Positions 45,300-53,338 of a stretch of DNA of 64,000 nucleotides are shown here, piece by piece (positions within the stretch are counted from its first letter, which is position 1; the number at the start of each line of letters is the position of its first letter). The translations under genes and the position numbers were made by a program. A model generated the notes under the pieces. The model did no database searches and was not told where the DNA came from. It saw only the letters and a program-made list of their open reading frames with translations. The stretch comes from Candidatus Saccharimonadota bacterium (GTDB taxonomy: Bacteria > Patescibacteriota > Saccharimonadia > Saccharimonadales > Saccharimonadaceae), in the NCBI GenBank assembly GCA_017405245.1, contig JAFRAU010000036.1, forward strand, positions 5,722 to 69,721, read 5' to 3'.

Positions 45300-47300
45300 A
45301 TGGATAAGATTCAAAAAATGGATGACGCTGGTGGGCAGAAGGAAGATGGTAGACAGGAGCGAAAGCTCAAAGTCCAGATTTTGGAGCCGGAAGAAACTGA
45401 GATAAAGGTTCGGATTGATGATAAGACGGAAGCTAGAATTAGTACGCCAAAGGATGTTCAGACGAACAATGAAAAAGTGGGAAAGTCGGGCAAAGTCAAA
45501 TTAGATGAAAAGAAAGCGAAGAAGAAGACTGCAAAGAGTACAAAAACCGTAAAGACTACGAAGGCTACGAAGAAGGCCACAGCTAATAAGTCTAAAAAGA
45601 ATAAAACGCAGACTAATAAAAAAGCCAAAGTTGAGCTAAAAAAGAAGGGAAGAAAAAGACGAGAACGCAAGAGAAAGGGTCTTTTTATACTAATTACTTT
45701 CAGTATTATCTTGGCGATAATTATAGCTGCCACTATCTCTTTGATAAACTTTTTCAGTAAAGGGCCAAGAGAGGATGTAAAAATAGATTTTAGCAAGGCG
45801 ACGGGATTATATGAGAATGAGATAGAAATTGAACTAAACGCGGAAGAAACGGTTCTTTCTCCGATTGTCAACATTAAGTATACACTAAATGGGGACAACC
45901 CGGTGACTGCGGGGCAGGTTTATAATGGGCCGATAAAGCTAGCACTAAATGAAAACGTGGCGGTATATCCGGTGAAAGCGGCGTATTGTTACTTTAATAA
46001 CCTGTGTAGTAAAATTTATACAGAAACGTATATTCTCTCTCGAAATCCGGAAAAAGAGATAACGCTAGATGTAATTAGCATTACGTCTGAACATAAGAAT
46101 TTGTATGATTATGAAACTGGAATAATGGTTCCGGGAAAGACGTATGATGACAATGTGGCTAGTGGAATGGACCCAGAAAAAGATTATGTGCCGGGAAATT
46201 ATAATAACAGGGAAGATGAGTGGATTCGGGAAGCAGAGGTGGTGAGATTAACCCCAGAAGGGGAAGTAGCCTGGAACCAAAATGTAGGTTTGCAGATTTC
46301 TGGTGGAACATCAGCGGCGAGTGAGGTAAAATCCTTTAAACTAGTGGCGAATAAAAAATATGGCTATAATAAGCTAGCATATAGTTTTGATGATTCAGGA
46401 ACAACCTCAATAGGACTTGCTATTCCTAAGAAATATAATTCACTGAGGCTAAGAGTAGGTGGTCAAGATGCAGGGAGCGGAAATATCCGAGCAGCGGTGG
46501 CTAGCAGGCTAGCAGAAGAAAGCGGGTTTGATGGGTATTCTGCCACTAAGAGGGCGGTGGTTTATTTGAATGGAGAATTTTATGCGATTGTGGATGTAGA
46601 GCAAAACTTCTCAGACTCGTTTCTAGAAAAAAGGTTTTCATTGCCAGACTCGGATAATGTGGAGAAAATTAAGGGAACGGAAGAACACGTACTAGATGAA
46701 GCGGGAATTATTAAATTGTTTGAAACGGACCTTAATATTACCTCTAATAGAGAGAAATTAGAGCAAAAAGTGGATATGGATGACTATCTTAAATATTATG
46801 CCATAGAGCTTTTGTTAAATAATACAGATTGGCCGCAAAATAGCTATGAAATATGGCGATATGCTGGTGGAGAGGTGGCAAACAATAAATATACTGATGG
46901 AAGATGGAGATTCTTAATTTATGATACGGATATGGTGTATCTAAAACAGGGAAATTTGGAGTATTTCCCAGGGATTATAGGTGATCAGTTTGAAGCGATT
47001 ATGGAGAGCAAGAACAAGGCTCAAAACTCGACATTCAGAAGCGTTATTAATTCTACTTATTATAGACAGAAATTTTTGGCGATTATGAGAGAGCTTTTGG
47101 GTACGTCATTTAAGCTTAGTAATATATTGGAGGTTATGGAGGTGGAGCAGCGAAAGATTGCGCCAGCGATGAAATTGTATTATTCTGAGCAAGACTATAA
47201 AGAGTGGAAAAGATGGATAGAACTAATGAAAGAGGCTGTTTCTGAACAAGATAGCCGGATTCGGGAAGATTTATATAAGTATTTCAAGGTGAGGGTCTGA
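45300..47300 (+). CDS. CotH-family protein (atypical kinase fold) with a Lys-rich N-terminus and TM anchor
   Basis: DDYLKYYAIELLLNNTDWPQNSYEIWRY and RWRFLIYDTDM resemble CotH blocks. N-terminal KKAKKKTAKSTK... is followed by TM LFILITFSIILAIIIAATISLI. Confidence 0.7.
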   Translation: MDKIQKMDDAGGQKEDGRQERKLKVQILEPEETEIKVRIDDKTEARISTPKDVQTNNEKVGKSGKVKLDEKKAKKKTAKSTKTVKTTKATKKATANKSKKNKTQTNKKAKVELKKKGRKRRERKRKGLFILITFSIILAIIIAATISLINFFSKGPREDVKIDFSKATGLYENEIEIELNAEETVLSPIVNIKYTLNGDNPVTAGQVYNGPIKLALNENVAVYPVKAAYCYFNNLCSKIYTETYILSRNPEKEITLDVISITSEHKNLYDYETGIMVPGKTYDDNVASGMDPEKDYVPGNYNNREDEWIREAEVVRLTPEGEVAWNQNVGLQISGGTSAASEVKSFKLVANKKYGYNKLAYSFDDSGTTSIGLAIPKKYNSLRLRVGGQDAGSGNIRAAVASRLAEESGFDGYSATKRAVVYLNGEFYAIVDVEQNFSDSFLEKRFSLPDSDNVEKIKGTEEHVLDEAGIIKLFETDLNITSNREKLEQKVDMDDYLKYYAIELLLNNTDWPQNSYEIWRYAGGEVANNKYTDGRWRFLIYDTDMVYLKQGNLEYFPGIIGDQFEAIMESKNKAQNSTFRSVINSTYYRQKFLAIMRELLGTSFKLSNILEVMEVEQRKIAPAMKLYYSEQDYKEWKRWIELMKEAVSEQDSRIREDLYKYFKVRV

Positions 47301-47352
47301 CCCTCCTTAGTGTAAGATATTTGGGAGGTGGATTCCAAAAGCATAAATGCTA

Positions 47353-47381
47353 TTGACTTTTTAGCATAAGTGTGCTACAAT
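47353..47381 (+). promoter_or_regulatory. Promoter of the wzz / BY-kinase / phosphatase module
   Basis: TTGACT (47353-47358), 17-nt spacer, TGcTACAAT (47373-47381). Roughly 105-nt leader. Confidence 0.65.
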
Positions 47382-47488
47382 TATTGTAATGCCGTAAAAT
47401 CGGTGTTATAAATTAATTATATCTCTGGGACAAGCCATAAATAGGGCGGATAACAGAGATAAATAACAGATTAATTGGGAAAAACGAA

Positions 47489-48160
47489 ATGGATGAAATC
47501 AATATAAAAGAGCTACTTAGGTATGTCCTATCAAAGTTCTACATCGTGCTGCTCGTTTTGGTTGCAGTAGTTTCTCTGGGTGAGATTTATTCTGTTTATC
47601 TAAAAACACCGATGTATAATTCTACAACAAAATTAGTATTAACAAGTGAACAAACTTCAAATTCTAGTATTACAACTTCTGACGTAACGTTGTCTAATAA
47701 CCTAGTAAAGACATATTCCGAGATTATCAAGAGTAGGAATGTGCTTTCAAAGGTGATTGATAGCTTAAAACTTGGTATGACGGTAGAACAGCTTGCTGGT
47801 AAAATTAGTGTAAGCTCGATTACTAATACACAGTTGATTAACGTGGCGGTATCTGATAAGGATGCAGATATGGCTCAGAAGATTGCTAATGAAGTAGCAA
47901 AGCAATTTAAGGCGGAAATTATCACACTTTATAAGATTGATAACGTTCAGATTGTAGAAAAAGCGACTGCGGCTGCCGATCCATATAATATCAATGTTTT
48001 CAAACAGACGATAGAATATCTGCTAGCTGGACTAGCGGCAGGAATAGGGATAGTGTTAATTATGTTCTATCTTGATAACACTATTAAAAATAGTAAGACC
48101 GTAGAAGATAAAGTTGGATTAGTGGTACTAGGTGTAGTGCCGAATGCGGGGAGGAAATAA
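47489..48160 (+). CDS. Polysaccharide chain-length determinant / BY-kinase transmembrane modulator (Wzz, CpsC/YwqC type)
   Basis: Two TM segments flank a periplasmic-type domain (SRNVLSKVIDSL...). Confidence 0.8.
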   Translation: MDEINIKELLRYVLSKFYIVLLVLVAVVSLGEIYSVYLKTPMYNSTTKLVLTSEQTSNSSITTSDVTLSNNLVKTYSEIIKSRNVLSKVIDSLKLGMTVEQLAGKISVSSITNTQLINVAVSDKDADMAQKIANEVAKQFKAEIITLYKIDNVQIVEKATAAADPYNINVFKQTIEYLLAGLAAGIGIVLIMFYLDNTIKNSKTVEDKVGLVVLGVVPNAGRK

Positions 48161-48161
48161 G

Positions 48162-48968
48162 ATGACGGATAAAAAATTTAGTTTAAAGAATTTGGGTAAA
48201 AAAGCGCATAAACTGCGTAAAGATGGTACGCGTCGCGGAGGGGTAGAAGACCTGGTGGTGGCGACTAATCCAAAATCATCTTTTGCTGAGGCTGTAAAAT
48301 CTATTAAGACTAATGTGATGTTTTCTTCAGTGGAGAAGGAACTAAAAACTATTCTGGTTACGTCGCCAGAATCTGGTGATGGAAAGAGCTTTCTAGCAGC
48401 GAATCTTGCTACGGCTTTTGCCCAAGATGGCAAGAGAGTCTTGATAGTAGATGGTGATATGAGGAAGGGAAGACAGCACGAAATCTTTGGGCTTCCTAAT
48501 GATAAGATGGCTGGATACTCAAACTATATTTTACGTTATAAAGGCACGGAAAATATGGGAATGATGGCATTTATTCGCCCGGAAGTATACGTAAAGCCTA
48601 CTCAGGTGACAAATGTGTATCTTTTACCGGCAGGCCCAACGCCACCAAATCCATTAGAGCTAATCTCGTCGGAAAATAACCGTAAACTTCTGAATAGTTT
48701 TCGAGAACAGTATGATATCGTAATTATTGACTGTCCGCCAGCATTAGGGCTATCTGATGCATTAGTGATGTCTAAGTATGCAGATGTGAATATCGTTACG
48801 GTTACGAATGCTAAGACGAAAATTGACCAGTTAGAAGATGTGAAAAAGAATTTCGAGAAGGTTAATTCGAAGATCTCTGGCGTAGTAATAAATAAGGCTA
48901 AGGTAGGAGGCGGGTATTATTCATCCTACTATGCAGATGAATATTATTCGAAATTAAATAATGATTGA
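48162..48968 (+). CDS. Bacterial tyrosine kinase (CpsD/YwqD type)
   Basis: Walker A SPESGDGKS, Walker A' VLIVDGDMRK, Walker B DIVIIDCPP. C-terminal Tyr cluster GGGYYSSYYADEYY. GGGGAGGA ribosome-binding site. Confidence 0.85.
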   Translation: MTDKKFSLKNLGKKAHKLRKDGTRRGGVEDLVVATNPKSSFAEAVKSIKTNVMFSSVEKELKTILVTSPESGDGKSFLAANLATAFAQDGKRVLIVDGDMRKGRQHEIFGLPNDKMAGYSNYILRYKGTENMGMMAFIRPEVYVKPTQVTNVYLLPAGPTPPNPLELISSENNRKLLNSFREQYDIVIIDCPPALGLSDALVMSKYADVNIVTVTNAKTKIDQLEDVKKNFEKVNSKISGVVINKAKVGGGYYSSYYADEYYSKLNND

Positions 48969-49701
48969 CATACATAGCCATATAATGCCAGGCATTGATG
49001 ATGGTGCACCGGATATGGTGACTAGTCTTGCAATGCTAAAAAAGGCAGAAAAAGCGGGAATAACCGATATAATTTTGACCCCGCATTATATGAAGGGGAC
49101 GATTTATAATGCTTCTAATGCGAAAAAATGGCAGATTTTTAATGAGCTAGTAAAGGAAGCAAAGAGGAACGGAATAGGGGTCAATCTCTATCTGGGAAAC
49201 GAAATTTATATAGATAATAAACTGCCGGAGATGTTGGCGGGGTATATTGGTGAGACGTCAGATGAGATGTATGAAGTCTCAACGCTTAATAGCACGAAGT
49301 ATGTGCTAGTGGAATTTCCAGTGAGAATAGCGGACAAAACGGCAAAAAATATGCTTTTTACATTAGTTCAAAAAGGTTTTGTACCGGTGATTGCGCATCC
49401 AGAGAGATATCATTACGTCCAAGATAACTTGGAAATACTGGACGATTTTATAGGTATGGGATGCGTACTTCAAGGTGAATATCTGACAATGGCAGGGAAA
49501 TATGGAAAGAGAGCAGAAAAGACACTTAAAAAGCTGCTGTTCGATGATAAGATATTCTGTTTGGCCTCTGATGTACACAAGTTTTCTGATGAATATCAAA
49601 CAGAGCTTGTACAGAAAAAGTTGATGAAAATTTTAGGAGATGAAGTCAAACTACGCGAGTTGACGATTGATAATCCTAGGAAGATAATACAGGGAAAGTA
49701 A
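48961..49701 (+). CDS. PHP-family tyrosine-protein phosphatase (CpsB/YwqE type)
   Basis: MIDIHSHIMPGIDDGA and IAHPERY motifs. Confidence 0.85.
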   Translation: MIDIHSHIMPGIDDGAPDMVTSLAMLKKAEKAGITDIILTPHYMKGTIYNASNAKKWQIFNELVKEAKRNGIGVNLYLGNEIYIDNKLPEMLAGYIGETSDEMYEVSTLNSTKYVLVEFPVRIADKTAKNMLFTLVQKGFVPVIAHPERYHYVQDNLEILDDFIGMGCVLQGEYLTMAGKYGKRAEKTLKKLLFDDKIFCLASDVHKFSDEYQTELVQKKLMKILGDEVKLRELTIDNPRKIIQGK

Positions 49702-49771
49702 AAATGATTTCAATTGGATCGGCATATCTTGTGCCCGTAATAATATTCTTGTGGTATAATAGAAAAAGCAT

Positions 49772-50176
49772 ATGAAGACAAAAGCCCAAGATTTTCGGGA
49801 GATTTATAGAGATCATAAAGCGTTATTTTCTTTGATGATAGCGCTTTTCTTGTTGTCGCTAGCACTTCTTATCACGTCGCTTCTGACGCTTAATCCGTCG
49901 GCGGCCATCGTAAAAACAGGGTATGGTGATATTGGTAGTTTCACGGGAGAGGATTTAACGGAAATGCGGACGGCTGGTGGATATAGAGATGGAAGTTGGG
50001 TTAATATGCTAGCTTTTCCGGTTTTAGCTTTAATTTTTGGGGTGGTGCATAACTTGGTGGCAGTACGATTTTATAAGAGAAGGGGAGAAAGTGCCGCAAA
50101 GGCATTCATTCTTATTAGCATGTTCATTGTGATTGCGACATTTTTGGTGCTATTTAGATTGCTTGGGGAAGGTTAG
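49772..50176 (+). CDS. Hypothetical membrane protein (134 aa)
   Basis: 3 predicted TM segments. TGgTATAAT at 49752-49760. Confidence 0.45.
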   Translation: MKTKAQDFREIYRDHKALFSLMIALFLLSLALLITSLLTLNPSAAIVKTGYGDIGSFTGEDLTEMRTAGGYRDGSWVNMLAFPVLALIFGVVHNLVAVRFYKRRGESAAKAFILISMFIVIATFLVLFRLLGEG

Positions 50177-50190
50177 AAAAACGGGGTAAA

Positions 50191-51852
50191 ATGGCAAGAG
50201 AAAAACAGGGGTTAGAAGGGCGACTGATTGATACTTCCGATTTGGAACTGCCTCTTGGGAAGCGTACGCGACTTTATCGGTTTTTTGAAATATTGCCAGG
50301 GGTGCTATCTTATTCAATGATTATTGCACTGTTTATTTTTTCTTTAATATCTCCGACACTCGGTGCGATTTACCTTTTAATTATTATTACAATTACACTT
50401 GTTAAGGCGATAGGTGTGGCAATAAGGACGGTGCAGGGTTACAATGAAATTCAGAGAGCGATGCGCGTAGATTGGCATAAGAGGTTGATGGATTTGAACG
50501 AGCCACATAGAAGATTTGAAGAGCTAAGAGATCGGAGTTCTACGGCATTTAATTATGATGAGCATATTGATAATCTTAGAATGATGAGTGTAGCGCCCAA
50601 GGATTTTCCAGATCCAGATAAAATTTATCATGCGGTAATAATGGTAGCTTATAATGAGGGGCTAGAAACGCTGATTCCAACAGTAGAGGCAGTAAAGAAT
50701 ACGAATTTTGATAATAAGAAGATTATCTTTGTGATGGGGTATGAAGAGAGAGGCGGACCGGAGATTGCCAAAAATGCCAAGAAATTGCAGGAAATGTTTA
50801 AAGATACGTTTTACGATTTTATTATTGTAGAACATCCAGATGGGTTGCCAAGAGAGATAAAAGGGAAAGGGCCGAATTTGACTTATGCGGGGCATAGACT
50901 AGCTGAGTATGTTACTAAAAAACATATTCCAATGGAGAATGTAATAGTAACATCGCTTGATGCGGATAATCGAATGAGTGAGGGGTATTTGGATTATGTG
51001 GCCTATGAATTTATTGTGAATCCTGATAGAAAGAGGGTGGCATATCAACCAGTGTCGATTTTTATGAATAATATTTGGGACGCTAGCGCGCCGATGCGTG
51101 TAGTAGCGGTATCAAATACGTTTTTTAATGTGATAAACGTTAAGAGGCCGCATCTTCTTCGGAATTTTGCTTCTCACTCACAGCCACTTGATGCGCTGTA
51201 TGAAATGGACTTTTGGAGTAAGAGAACAATTGTAGAGGACGGACATCAATATTGGCGTAGTCTGTTCCATTTTAGGGGAAAATATGAAGTGGTGTCAATT
51301 AAGGTGCCAATTTATCAGGATGCAGTGATAGAAGAGACGTTTATGAAGACTGTGAAGGCGCAATTTGTGCAGCTGAGACGGTGGGATTATGGTGCTTCTG
51401 ACGTGGCGTATGTGGGAGTAAGAATGGTGAATAAGAAACGTAGAAAAATGCCACTATGGTTTCTTTTCCCGAAGTTTTGGAGGTTGCTTGATGGACACGT
51501 GACTCTTGCGGCGATGAGTCCGATAGTAGCATTCGGCGGTTGGGTGCCGAGATTACTTAATTTTCAAAGTAGGGAGCTTCTAACCTATAACCTTCCGAAT
51601 ACGGTCTCCTGGATTCAGCTATTTGCATCAATAGGGTTAATGGTTACTATTCTGATGTCGCTAAGGATGCTTCCGCCGAGACCAAAGAAATATAATAAGG
51701 TAAAGTCAGTAGGGATGGTTTTACAATGGATTCTTTCACCACTAGTAGCGATATTGTACCAATCTGCGGCAGCATTTTATGCTCAGACTAGATTGATGAC
51801 GGGTAATTATATGGAAAAATTTGACGTAACGAGAAAAGTTGTAAAAAGGTAA
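50191..51852 (+). CDS. Membrane-embedded processive GT2 (synthase-type) glycosyltransferase
   Basis: AVIMVAYNEG, SLDADN (DxD), VEDGHQYW and QLRRWDYG (Q-x-x-R-W) motifs. TM segments at both ends. Confidence 0.7.
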   Translation: MAREKQGLEGRLIDTSDLELPLGKRTRLYRFFEILPGVLSYSMIIALFIFSLISPTLGAIYLLIIITITLVKAIGVAIRTVQGYNEIQRAMRVDWHKRLMDLNEPHRRFEELRDRSSTAFNYDEHIDNLRMMSVAPKDFPDPDKIYHAVIMVAYNEGLETLIPTVEAVKNTNFDNKKIIFVMGYEERGGPEIAKNAKKLQEMFKDTFYDFIIVEHPDGLPREIKGKGPNLTYAGHRLAEYVTKKHIPMENVIVTSLDADNRMSEGYLDYVAYEFIVNPDRKRVAYQPVSIFMNNIWDASAPMRVVAVSNTFFNVINVKRPHLLRNFASHSQPLDALYEMDFWSKRTIVEDGHQYWRSLFHFRGKYEVVSIKVPIYQDAVIEETFMKTVKAQFVQLRRWDYGASDVAYVGVRMVNKKRRKMPLWFLFPKFWRLLDGHVTLAAMSPIVAFGGWVPRLLNFQSRELLTYNLPNTVSWIQLFASIGLMVTILMSLRMLPPRPKKYNKVKSVGMVLQWILSPLVAILYQSAAAFYAQTRLMTGNYMEKFDVTRKVVKR

Positions 51853-51862
51853 AATTTGAGTG

Positions 51863-53050
51863 ATGGCAAAGAGTGACGTACGTAGACGGAGAATGCCATT
51901 TTTCTTGAAAATTATTCTAGGGATAATTTTGGTAGCGGTAATAATTATTGGGGTGAGAATGGCAACGCTTGACATCACTGTGGCTTTGACGGTGAGGTAT
52001 GAGCTTCCGGAATTACCAGAGATAGAGTTGACTGAGTATGGTCATGAGAAATGGGCGGCAGCGCTAAACGGAAAAGTGATAGATGAAAAGAACGGGTCTG
52101 TGGGTGTGCCGATTGCTAGTACGGCAAAGATTATTACAGCACTTATGGTGATGGAGAAAAAGCCTTTTGAGCCTGGAACGACTGGCGAAGAATTAGAAAT
52201 TACAGCAGGTGATTATGAGAGGTACCAGTGGTATGTAAGCAATAATGGCTCCGTGACAGAGGTGAAAATTGGTGAGAAAATTAGTGAATATGATGCGCTT
52301 TCTGCAATGCTGATTGCTTCAAGTAATAATATGGCAGATACGTTGGCGAGTTTTACGTTTTCTTCGCTTGATGAGTATAGTAAGTATGCCAATGAAAAAT
52401 TAAGAGAGTGGGGATTCTCCCAGACGAAAGTGGGGCCAGATGCGAGTGGATATAACGGAGGGACGATTAGTACTGCTTCTGAGATGGCGAGACTAGGAAA
52501 AAGATTGCTAGAACAGCCGGTTTTGAGGGAAATTGCGGCGAAAAAGACTGCGGTAATTCCAGTTGCTTCCGAGATAAATAATACGAATTTACTACTGGGT
52601 GAGAGAGGAATTGCTGGTATTAAGACGGGGTATAATGGCGATAATTTATCTGGCTATTGTTTGGTTTCTGGATATTTTGAAGATGACGAAATTGTAACAA
52701 TTGCTCTTCTTGGAGCGAAGACGAGGCAAGAGTCCTTTTCGAGTACGCTGGATGCAGTTAAATATTTACAAAGTGTGCTTATAAAAACAGAGTTTGTAAA
52801 AGAGGGTCAGGAGGTAGGCTATTATGATAGCTGGTGGATGGGGCAGGTACCAATTGTGGCAAGTAAAGATTTGAATGAAATAGGTTGGAAACAAGATGAA
52901 AATACAGCACAGCTAGAAATGAATGGGGCAAGTGGGAATCTGAAAGTGTCTCTAAATGGTGAGTTGTATGATGTCCCGGTTAGTGCTATAAATTATATAG
53001 AGAAGCCAAGCCTCTTACAAAGATTTTTGAAGGTCATGGGGTGGATGTAA
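51863..53050 (+). CDS. Serine-type D-Ala-D-Ala carboxypeptidase (PBP5/S11 family)
   Basis: SxxK (STAKII), SxN (SSNN), KTG (IKTGY). N-terminal TM anchor. Confidence 0.8.
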   Translation: MAKSDVRRRRMPFFLKIILGIILVAVIIIGVRMATLDITVALTVRYELPELPEIELTEYGHEKWAAALNGKVIDEKNGSVGVPIASTAKIITALMVMEKKPFEPGTTGEELEITAGDYERYQWYVSNNGSVTEVKIGEKISEYDALSAMLIASSNNMADTLASFTFSSLDEYSKYANEKLREWGFSQTKVGPDASGYNGGTISTASEMARLGKRLLEQPVLREIAAKKTAVIPVASEINNTNLLLGERGIAGIKTGYNGDNLSGYCLVSGYFEDDEIVTIALLGAKTRQESFSSTLDAVKYLQSVLIKTEFVKEGQEVGYYDSWWMGQVPIVASKDLNEIGWKQDENTAQLEMNGASGNLKVSLNGELYDVPVSAINYIEKPSLLQRFLKVMGWM

Positions 53051-53054
53051 GGGG

Positions 53055-53099
53055 ATAACTATAAAAAGAAACCCTTTGGGTTCTTTTTATAGTTATTTT
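53055..53099 (+). terminator. Strong intrinsic terminator after the carboxypeptidase gene
   Basis: ATAACTATAAAAAGAAACCC-ttt-GGGTTCTTTTTATAGTTAT followed by TTT. Confidence 0.8.
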
Positions 53100-53116
53100 G
53101 GTGGGTCGCGAGGGGC
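53099..53116 (-). repeat. 18-bp exact duplicate of the tRNA-Val 3' end
   Basis: TGGTGGGTCGCGAGGGGC at 53099-53116 equals 53184-53201 (CCA, discriminator, acceptor 3' strand and part of the T-stem). Confidence 0.95.
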
Positions 53117-53153
53117 AGGTCACCCTATCTGCGACAAAGCCCCCAAAATAAAA

Positions 53154-53175
53154 AAATAAAAGCAAGCTTTTATTT
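53154..53175 (-). terminator. Terminator hairpin downstream of tRNA-Val
   Basis: AAATAAAAG-caag-CTTTTATTT, followed on the minus strand by a U-run. Confidence 0.6.
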
Positions 53176-53183
53176 TCTTATTA

Positions 53184-53260
53184 TGGTGGGTCGCGAGGGG
53201 CTCGAACCCCCGACCTTCTCGGTGTAAACGAGACGCTCTAGCCAACTGAGCTAGCGACCC
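53184..53260 (-). tRNA. tRNA-Val (TAC), CCA encoded
   Basis: Reverse complement GGGTCGCTAGCTCAGTTGGCTAGAGCGTCTCGTTTACACCGAGAAGGTCGGGGGTTCGAGCCCCTCGCGACCCACCA. Confidence 0.9.
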
Positions 53261-53338
53261 ATAGTAACTCTATATATTATTTTATCATAAAATGTGTTAA
53301 AATAAAAGAAGGTTTATAAGAGCGTAGTAAGGAAATAA

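Noticed and set aside
47445-47452. GGCGGATA in the wzz leader, resembling the ops/JUMPstart element GGCGGTAG
   Set aside because: Only 6 of 8 positions match. RfaH-type antitermination is a proteobacterial feature, and there is no supporting context.
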